Shown here: positions 1 through 7,149 of the stretch, in pieces
Position numbering within the stretch: position 1 is the stretch's first letter
Layout of the letters: each line of letters opens with the position of its first letter
Source of the DNA: Candidatus Saccharimonadota bacterium
GTDB taxonomy: Bacteria; Pseudomonadota; Gammaproteobacteria; Enterobacterales; Enterobacteriaceae
Direction: 5' to 3'
Length of the DNA stretch: 32,000 bases
Assembly (NCBI RefSeq): GCF_004296475.1
Contig: NZ_AP018162.1
Location: 150,001-182,000 of the forward strand
Translations under genes and position numbers: made by a program
Notes under the pieces: generated by a model
Database searches by the model: none
What the model was told of the DNA's origin: nothing
What the model saw: the letters and a program-made list of their open reading frames with translations, nothing else

Positions 1-863
1 GTAATTTAAATAAAATTCCTATATGTAGTAAAACTATATATATTGTTTCAACACCAATAGGCAATATTAATGATATATCTTTTAGATCATTAAATATATT
101 AGATAATGTTAATTATATTTTAACTGAAGATACAAGAATAAGTTCTAAATTATTAAATTTTTTTTCTATAAAAAAAAAAATATTATCATTTAATGATATT
201 AATGAAAAATATAAATCAAAAAAAATATTAAATGAAATATTAAAATATGAATTAAGTATAGCTATAATATCTGACAAAGGAACACCATTAATAAATGATC
301 CAGGTTATTTTTTAATTAGAGAAGCAATAAAATTAAATATAAATATTATCCCAATTCCAGGGCCATGCGCCGCTATAGCTGCAATATCAGCATCTGGATT
401 ACCAATTAATAAATTTTGTTATGAAGGTTTTATACCTAGAACTAAAAATAAAAGAATAGATTTATTTAAAAGCATAAAATTTGAAAAAAAAACTGTAATA
501 TTTTATGAAAGTTATAATAGAATTATAAATTCTCTTAATGATATGATAAATATATTTGGGGAAAAAAGAAATATTGTGTTAGCAAAAGATATAACAAAAA
601 AATATGAAAATTTTATAAGGACTGATATTATAAGTTTATTAAAAATTTTAGAAAATAAAAAATATAATAAAGGAGAAATAGTATTATTAATAGGAGGGGA
701 TGATTCTGAAGATTATAAAGATATAAATATAAATAAAATAAAAAAAATAATAGATATATTATATGAAAAAAATAATAAAAAAATATTGTATACTTTATCT
801 GAAATATTTAATATTAATAAAAATATAATATATAAAATTTTAATTAATAATAAAGTTAATTAG
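1..863 (+). CDS. rsmI: 16S rRNA (cytidine1402-2'-O)-methyltransferase RsmI, 5'-partial (runs off the window start)
   Basis: Frame 3 is open from nt 3 to the TAG at 861-863. The translation (..IYIVSTPIGNINDISFRSLNILDNVNYILTEDTR..DKGTPLINDPGYFLI..IPGPCAAIAAISASGLP..FCYEGF..FYES..) matches E. coli RsmI along its length. The ORF track shows only the part after the first in-frame ATG (543). Confidence 0.9.
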   Translation, partial: NLNKIPICSKTIYIVSTPIGNINDISFRSLNILDNVNYILTEDTRISSKLLNFFSIKKKILSFNDINEKYKSKKILNEILKYELSIAIISDKGTPLINDPGYFLIREAIKLNINIIPIPGPCAAIAAISASGLPINKFCYEGFIPRTKNKRIDLFKSIKFEKKTVIFYESYNRIINSLNDMINIFGEKRNIVLAKDITKKYENFIRTDIISLLKILENKKYNKGEIVLLIGGDDSEDYKDININKIKKIIDILYEKNNKKILYTLSEIFNINKNIIYKILINNKVN

Positions 864-1192
864 ATAATCGCTATTTATTTATTTTAAGTAGAGGAAAGTC
901 CGGGCTCCAGAGTTCAATGGCGCCAGATAATAACTGGAAGATGTGAATCTATGAAAAGTGCAACAAGAAATATACCGCTTTTTTTTTTAAAAGTAAGGGT
1001 GAAATTTGATAAAGTAAGATTTTATCATAAAATTTGGTAACAAATTTTATATGTAAACTCCGCCTGGAGAAAGGCTAAAATAAAGGATAGAACTCATTTT
1101 TTTCCTTAAGGTAAGCTGATTGAGCTAATATATGAATATTAGCCTAGATAAATGATTATCCTAGACAGAATCCGGCTTATATATTAACTTAA
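853..1192 (+). ncRNA. rnpB: RNase P RNA (bacterial type A, reduced)
   Basis: It carries the universal P4 strands GAGGAAAGTCCGGGCTCC (891-908) and ACAGAATCCGGCTTAT (1165-1180). Other conserved blocks are AGTGCAACA, GTAAGGGTGAAA, GTAAACTCCGCCTGGAGAAAGGC and GCCTAGATAAATGA. P1 pairs aagttaat (853-860) with attaactt (1183-1190), and P2 pairs gataatc (863-869) with gattatc (1154-1160). The ends are approximate. Confidence 0.95.
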
Positions 1193-1220
1193 ATTTTATT
1201 GATTTTATATATAAATACAT

Positions 1221-1242
1221 TTACAATTAAATTTAATTGTAA
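1221..1242 (+). terminator. Perfect 22-nt palindrome (ttacaattaaa/tttaattgtaa) about 30 nt after the rnpB 3' end, followed by gtattttatt; possible intrinsic terminator
   Basis: I read the inverted repeat directly. The stem is AT-rich and weak, and by my rough estimate one such palindrome per window of this composition is expected by chance. Confidence 0.25.
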
Positions 1243-1274
1243 GTATTTTATTAATTATTTTAAATAAAACATTT

Positions 1275-2150
1275 TTGAATAATATACAAAATGATATTTA
1301 TAAAATAGATAATTTATATAATTTAATTATTTGGGCTAAAAAAATATCAAAAAATAATAATATAAAAAGTCCAGGATTTAATAATTTGTTTGAAGAAATA
1401 AAATTTTTAATATTTTATATATTAGATGTTCCATTTTATTATTATAAATATTTATATAATTTAAAAATAGAGAATAGTAAAAAAGAAATATTAATTAATA
1501 TTATAAAAAAAAGAATTTATAATAAAAAACCAATTTTTTATTTAATTAATAGATCAATATATTATGAATTACTATTTTTTATAGATAAAAACACTATTAT
1601 TCCTAGATCGCCTATAGGCGGTATAATAAAAAATAAATATATAAAAAAAATTATAAAAAATCCAAAATTAATATTAGATTTATGTACTGGAAGTGGATGT
1701 TTAGCTATATTATTAGCTTTTATATATAAAAAATCTAAAATTGATGCTTCAGATATATCACAAAAATCATTATTAATATCTAAAAAAAATATAATTTATT
1801 ATAAAATGGATAATAGAATAAATTTAATAAGATCTAATTTATTTAATAAAATATTAAATAAATATGATTTAATAGTTTCTAATCCTCCATATCTTAATTA
1901 TATTGATATTATAAATCTACCTAAAGAATATAAAAACGAACCAATTAAAGGATTATACGGAGGTAAAAATGGATTAAAGTTTATAGAAAAAATAATAAAT
2001 TCATCATTAAATTATTTAAATAAAAATGGAATTTTAATATGTGAAATAGGAAATAATTATAAATTATTAAAAAAAAAATATCCTAATTTAAAATTTAATT
2101 GGATAAAAACTAATAAAAATAATAAAATTTTTTTTTTAAAAAAAGTATAA
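1275..2150 (+). CDS. prmB: 50S ribosomal protein L3 glutamine N5-methyltransferase
   Basis: The motifs PRSPIG, LDLCTGSGCLAILLA, VSNPPYL, EYKNEPIKGL and ILICEIGNN align with E. coli PrmB (YfcB). The gene lies directly upstream of aroC, as in E. coli. The start is TTG at 1275, because no in-frame ATG is nearby. Confidence 0.85.
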   Translation: MNNIQNDIYKIDNLYNLIIWAKKISKNNNIKSPGFNNLFEEIKFLIFYILDVPFYYYKYLYNLKIENSKKEILINIIKKRIYNKKPIFYLINRSIYYELLFFIDKNTIIPRSPIGGIIKNKYIKKIIKNPKLILDLCTGSGCLAILLAFIYKKSKIDASDISQKSLLISKKNIIYYKMDNRINLIRSNLFNKILNKYDLIVSNPPYLNYIDIINLPKEYKNEPIKGLYGGKNGLKFIEKIINSSLNYLNKNGILICEIGNNYKLLKKKYPNLKFNWIKTNKNNKIFFLKKV

Positions 2151-2165
2151 AATAAAGGTTTTAAA

Positions 2166-3230
2166 ATGGCTGGAAATACTATTGGAAAAATATTTCGTGT
2201 AACTACCTTTGGAGAATCTCATGGTTCATTTATAGGAGGGATAATAGATGGGATGCCTCCAGGAATTAATATAAATGAAGAATATATACAAAAAGATTTA
2301 GATAGAAGAAAACCAGGTCAATCTATATATACATCTCCTAGAAGAGAAAGTGATAAAATAGAGATTTTATCTGGTATATTTAATGGTATAACTACAGGAA
2401 CAAGTATAGGTTTATTAATAAAAAATAATGATTTTAGATCTTCAGATTATGAATCAATAAAGGATATATTTAGACCAGGTCATGCTGATTTTACATATGA
2501 AAAAAAATATGGAATAAGAGATTATAGAGGAGGAGGTAGATCATCAGCTAGAGAAACTGCTATAAGAGTGGCTGCAGGCTCAATAGCTAAAAAATTTTTA
2601 AAAGAAAAATTTAATATAAATATAAAAGGGTATTTATCAAAAATAGGAAATATATCATGTGAATTAAAAGATTATAATTTTATTAATAAAAATTCATTTT
2701 TTTGTCCTGACCCTAATAAAATAAATGATATAGATTTATTAATAAGGAATATTAAAAAAAATGGAGATTCAATAGGGGCTAAAATAACTATAATATCAGA
2801 AAATATACCAATAGGATTAGGAGAGCCTGTATTTGATAAATTAGATGCTGATTTAGCTCATTCGTTAATGAGTATAAATGCAGTAAAAGGAGTTGAAATC
2901 GGAGATGGATTTGATGTCGTGGAAAAATTAGGAAGTGAAAATAGAGATGAAATGTCAAAAAATGGATTTTTAAGTAATCATTGTGGCGGAATATTAGGAG
3001 GTATAAGTACTGGTCAAGATATTATAATTAATATAGCTTTAAAACCTACATCTAGTATATTATTAAAATGTAACACTATAAATAAATTAGGAGAAGAAGT
3101 TAAATTAGAAATTAAAGGACGTCATGATCCATGTGTAGGTATAAGAGCTGTACCAATAGCTGAATCTATGGTATTAATTACACTTATGGATCATATATTA
3201 AGAAATAAAGCTCAATGTGGAAAATTTTAA
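2166..3230 (+). CDS. aroC: chorismate synthase
   Basis: The N-terminus is [20 protein letters not shown]. The motifs [20 protein letters not shown] and GRHDPCVG are present, and the protein is full length (354 aa). Confidence 0.97.
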   Translation: MAGNTIGKIFRVTTFGESHGSFIGGIIDGMPPGININEEYIQKDLDRRKPGQSIYTSPRRESDKIEILSGIFNGITTGTSIGLLIKNNDFRSSDYESIKDIFRPGHADFTYEKKYGIRDYRGGGRSSARETAIRVAAGSIAKKFLKEKFNINIKGYLSKIGNISCELKDYNFINKNSFFCPDPNKINDIDLLIRNIKKNGDSIGAKITIISENIPIGLGEPVFDKLDADLAHSLMSINAVKGVEIGDGFDVVEKLGSENRDEMSKNGFLSNHCGGILGGISTGQDIIINIALKPTSSILLKCNTINKLGEEVKLEIKGRHDPCVGIRAVPIAESMVLITLMDHILRNKAQCGKF

Positions 3231-3236
3231 ATAATA

Positions 3237-4334
3237 ATGAATAATAAAATATATGAGGTTTTATATAGAAAATGGAGACCTAAAATATTTAATGATGTTG
3301 TAGGTCATAATACAATAGTTAATTTTATAAAAAATAGTTTTAATTTAAATAAAACTCATCATGCATATTTATTTTATGGAAATAAAGGTACTGGTAAAAC
3401 CACTATAGCAAGAATATTAGCAAAAACATTTAATTGTGAAAATAAAGTATTTGATAATAATTTTCCATGTAATATATGTAAAAATTGTATAAATATAAAT
3501 GAATGTTCTTTTATTGATTTGATAGAAATAAATGCAGGATTAAAAACAAAAGTTGAAGATATAAAAGAATTATTTGAAGGGATAAAATATTTTCCAGTTA
3601 AAGGAAAATATAAAGTTTATATAATAGATGAGATACACATGTTATCTAAACAAAGTTTTTCATATTTATTAAAAATTATAGAAGAGCCTCCAATTTATAT
3701 AAAATTTATATTAGCTACAACAGATATATATAAAATTCCAGATACTGTAATATCTAGATGTATAAATTTTAATTTAAAAAAAATAAATAGTAAAGATATA
3801 GAAAAAAGACTTATCTATATATTAAATAATGAAAATATTAGTTATGATAATTATTCATTAAATATAATATCTAGATTTTCTGACGGAAGTATGAGAGATG
3901 CTTTAAATTTAATAGATCAATTATCAATAATTGGTAATGGAAAAATTAATACTAAAGATACAAATATATTATTAGGTCTATATAATATAGATATTATATT
4001 AGATATAATATATTTTATAATGATAAAAAAAATAGATTTAATTTTTAATATTATAAACAATAATGAAGATAATATAAATTATAGAAATAATATAGATGAA
4101 ATATTAACATTATTGTATAATATAATGATATTTAAAATTAATAAAATTAATAATATAAATTTTTTTTATAATGATAATATCATGTTAAAAATAAAAAATT
4201 TATCTAATAAATATTCTATTGAAAATATAAAAAATCATACTAATATATTTTTAAAAGGTAAAAAAAATATAGATGTATATCCAAATGATAAAATAGGATT
4301 TGAATTAATTATAATAAATACTTTTTACTGTTAA
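3237..4334 (+). CDS. dnaX: DNA polymerase III clamp-loader subunit DnaX, short gamma-like form (365 aa)
   Basis: It has YRKWRP, Walker A GNKGTGKTT, the Zn module CNICKNCININ, Walker B YIIDEIHML and the SRC motif (VISRCINF). It ends after roughly domains I-III. Confidence 0.9.
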   Translation: MNNKIYEVLYRKWRPKIFNDVVGHNTIVNFIKNSFNLNKTHHAYLFYGNKGTGKTTIARILAKTFNCENKVFDNNFPCNICKNCININECSFIDLIEINAGLKTKVEDIKELFEGIKYFPVKGKYKVYIIDEIHMLSKQSFSYLLKIIEEPPIYIKFILATTDIYKIPDTVISRCINFNLKKINSKDIEKRLIYILNNENISYDNYSLNIISRFSDGSMRDALNLIDQLSIIGNGKINTKDTNILLGLYNIDIILDIIYFIMIKKIDLIFNIINNNEDNINYRNNIDEILTLLYNIMIFKINKINNINFFYNDNIMLKIKNLSNKYSIENIKNHTNIFLKGKKNIDVYPNDKIGFELIIINTFYC

Positions 4335-4335
4335 T

Positions 4336-4986
4336 ATGAATATAATAATTTTAGGACCTCCTGGATCAGGTAAAGGAACACATAGTAAATTTATATCTAA
4401 TGAATTTAATTTATTACATTTTTCTTTAGGAGATATATTAAGAAATGAAATATTAAATAATAAAAATAATGATATATCTAATATAATGAATTCAGGTAAA
4501 TTAGTAAATGATAATATAGTAGTTGAATTGTTAAAAAAATTTATAAATTTAAATAAAAATAAAAATATATTATTTGATGGTTTTCCTAGAACATATAATC
4601 AAGCTAATATAATATATAATTTAAATATAAAAATAGATATAATAATTGAGTTATTTATAGAAAAAGATATATTAATAAATAGAATTTTAGGAAGAAGAAT
4701 ACATAAAAAATCAGGAAGAATATATCATATGATATATAATCCTCCATTAAATAATGAATTAGATGATATAACTGGTGATAAATTAGAAATAAGAGATGAT
4801 GATAAAAAAGAAATAATAGAAAATAGAATAAATGAATATAATTATAATATTATAAAAATTAATAATTTTTATAAAGAAGATATATTAAATAATAATATAA
4901 AATATATAAAAATAAATTCTAATTTAGAAATAAATGATGTAAAATGTAATATTTTAAGTAAAATAAACGAATATTTGCGGAAGTAA
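4336..4986 (+). CDS. adk: adenylate kinase
   Basis: It has the P-loop ILGPPGSGKGT, plus DGFPRT and GRRIHKKSGRIYH. The last three codons and the stop (cgg aag taa) lie inside tRNA-Gly. Confidence 0.95.
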   Translation: MNIIILGPPGSGKGTHSKFISNEFNLLHFSLGDILRNEILNNKNNDISNIMNSGKLVNDNIVVELLKKFINLNKNKNILFDGFPRTYNQANIIYNLNIKIDIIIELFIEKDILINRILGRRIHKKSGRIYHMIYNPPLNNELDDITGDKLEIRDDDKKEIIENRINEYNYNIIKINNFYKEDILNNNIKYIKINSNLEINDVKCNILSKINEYLRK

Positions 4987-5049
4987 CTCAATAGGTAGAG
5001 TATAATCTTGCCAAGATTAAGGTTGCGAGTTCAAATCTCGTCTTCCGCT
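4977..5049 (+). tRNA. glyW: tRNA-Gly (anticodon GCC)
   Basis: It folds as a cloverleaf: acceptor GCGGAAG/CTTCCGC, anticodon stem TAATC/GATTA with loop TTGCCAA, and T arm GCGAG-TTCAAAT-CTCGT. No CCA is encoded. It is the first gene of a Gly-Cys-Leu cluster, as in E. coli glyW-cysT-leuZ. Confidence 0.93.
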
Positions 5050-5063
5050 CTGCAGCGTATTTT

Positions 5064-5135
5064 GGCGCGTTGACAGAATGGAATATGTAGCGGATTGCAA
5101 ATCCGCTTATCCTGGTTCAATTCCAGGACGCGTCT
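5064..5135 (+). tRNA. cysT: tRNA-Cys (anticodon GCA)
   Basis: Acceptor GGCGCGT/ACGCGTC, anticodon stem GCGGA/TCCGC with loop TTGCAAA, and T arm CCTGG-TTCAATT-CCAGG. No CCA is encoded. Confidence 0.93.
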
Positions 5136-5138
5136 AAA

Positions 5139-5221
5139 GCCCAGGTGGTGGAAAAGGTATACACAAGGGACTTAAAATCCCTCAGCTAAATGCTATACGA
5201 GTTCAAGTCTCGTCCTGGGTA
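5139..5221 (+). tRNA. leuZ: tRNA-Leu (anticodon UAA), class II with long variable arm
   Basis: Acceptor GCCCAGG/CCTGGGT, anticodon stem AGGGA/TCCCT with loop CTTAAAA, and T arm ACGAG-TTCAAGT-CTCGT. No CCA is encoded. Confidence 0.92.
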
Positions 5222-5232
5222 ATAAAATAAAT

Positions 5233-6615
5233 TTATCTAAATTTCCATTTTGTTTTATTTTTATTATCTTCTATTATTATTCCATTACTTATTAAATAAG
5301 ATCTTATATCATCAGCAATTTTCCAATTTTTTTTTTCTCTTTCTATATTTCTTTTATTTATTAAATTTTCTATACAATTTATATTTATTTTATTCTTTTT
5401 TTTATAAAAATTAAAAAAGTCATTTGGATCAGATTTTAATAAACCTATAAAATTAGATATTTTTACCATTTGATTTAATAACATATTTATAATATTAATT
5501 TTATTTTTAAATTTTACAATTTCTTCTGAAATATGTAATAATAAAGAACATATTTTTGGTATATCTAAATCGTCATTTATATATTTATAAAATTTAATCA
5601 TAAATTCATTTTTTATATAAATTGTTTTTTTAATATTAAAATTATTTTCATATAATAATATATATAATTTTCTTATAAAATTATCAGATACTTTTAAAGT
5701 ATTAAAATCAAAATTTAATGATTTTCTGTAATGTTTAATTCCAATTAAATAATGTATTATTGTTTCTTTATGAAATATTTTATATATATCATCCAAATAT
5801 ACAAAATTTCCATTTGATTTTGACATCTTTTTATTAAACATATTTACTGATCCTACATGCATCCATATATCTACATTATATCTATTTAATATACAAAATG
5901 ACTGAGCTAATTCATTTTCATGATGAGGAAATAATAGATCTATACCTCCTCCATGTATATTAATATTATTATTAAGAAATTTATTACTTAATGCAGTACA
6001 TTCTATATGCCACCCAGGTCTACCATTTCCCCATTTTGTTTTCCAATAATATTTATCATTTTTTTCTGTTTTTTTCCATAAAAAAAAATCTGATTTATCA
6101 TTTTTATTTATAATATTTAAATTCTCTTTTAATAAAGATAATTTTTGATTAGATAATATACCATATTTATTAAATGAATTTACTGAAAACAATACATTAC
6201 CATTATTTATATATGCATTATTATTTTTTATTAATATATCTATATTATTTATTATTAAATTTATGTTTTCTCTAACTTTAGGTTCAATATTGGGTCTTAA
6301 TATATTTATATGATCTAAATCTTTATACATCTGACTTATAATTTTATTTACAAAAATATCTATATTAATTTTTGATAAATTTAATATATTTATTATTTTG
6401 TCATCTATATCTGTAATATTTCTTACATAATTGATTTTATATCCTAAATATTTTAAATATTTTATTAAAATATCAAATATTATAAATAATCTTCCATGTC
6501 CTAAATGACATCTATCATATGCAGTTATCCCGCATACATATATGTTCATATTAGAATTTTTTACAAAAGATATTTTTTCTTTTTTTTTGGTAAATGTGTT
6601 AAATATATTTATCAT
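5233..6615 (-). CDS. cysS: cysteine--tRNA ligase
   Basis: It has the HIGH-type motif CGITAYDRCHLGHGR, plus GWHIECTA and KMSKSNGN. At 460 aa it is full length. Confidence 0.97.
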   Translation of the reverse strand: MINIFNTFTKKKEKISFVKNSNMNIYVCGITAYDRCHLGHGRLFIIFDILIKYLKYLGYKINYVRNITDIDDKIINILNLSKINIDIFVNKIISQMYKDLDHINILRPNIEPKVRENINLIINNIDILIKNNNAYINNGNVLFSVNSFNKYGILSNQKLSLLKENLNIINKNDKSDFFLWKKTEKNDKYYWKTKWGNGRPGWHIECTALSNKFLNNNINIHGGGIDLLFPHHENELAQSFCILNRYNVDIWMHVGSVNMFNKKMSKSNGNFVYLDDIYKIFHKETIIHYLIGIKHYRKSLNFDFNTLKVSDNFIRKLYILLYENNFNIKKTIYIKNEFMIKFYKYINDDLDIPKICSLLLHISEEIVKFKNKINIINMLLNQMVKISNFIGLLKSDPNDFFNFYKKKNKININCIENLINKRNIEREKKNWKIADDIRSYLISNGIIIEDNKNKTKWKFR

Positions 6616-6691
6616 TTAATTATATTAAATTTTAATTTGATATTATAGTTTATAAATTTTTAATTATAGATAATAAAATATTTTGTGTAAA

Positions 6692-7144
6692 ATGAAAATA
6701 AATATAAAGTATATTAATACAAATAAAAATAATATACCTAATTATAAAAATATTAATATGTGGGTTAAATCTGTTTTTAAATATAAAAATAAAAAAAAAA
6801 TAGAAATAACAATAGTAATAGTTAATAAAAATAAAATACGATATTTAAACTTTAAATTTAGAGGTATATATAATTATACTAATATATTATCATTTAAAAA
6901 TATAAATATCTTTAATAAAAAATATAATTATTATGGTGATTTAGTAATATGTAAAAACATAATAGAAGAAGAATCTTTAGTATATAAAAAAAAAATAAAT
7001 GATCATTGGGCTCATATCATAATACATGGATGTTTACACTTATTAGGGTTTGATCATATAAATAATAATAAATTTTATAAAATGAAAAATATAGAAATAA
7101 AACTATTAAAAAAATTTAATATATTAAATCCATATATAAAATAG
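6692..7144 (+). CDS. ybeY: rRNA maturation endoribonuclease YbeY
   Basis: It carries the metal-binding motif HIIIHGCLHLLGFDH. I prefer the ATG at 6692 over the track's TTG at 6683. Confidence 0.9.
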   Translation: MKINIKYINTNKNNIPNYKNINMWVKSVFKYKNKKKIEITIVIVNKNKIRYLNFKFRGIYNYTNILSFKNINIFNKKYNYYGDLVICKNIIEEESLVYKKKINDHWAHIIIHGCLHLLGFDHINNNKFYKMKNIEIKLLKKFNILNPYIK

Positions 7145-7149
7145 ATAAG

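Noticed and set aside
6683-6691. TTG start proposed by the track for ybeY (likewise TTG at 15700 for tpiA).
   Set aside because: An in-frame ATG follows within 3-4 codons (6692; 15712). In the tpiA case the TTG start would overlap the upstream gene. The homologous N-termini fit the ATG starts.
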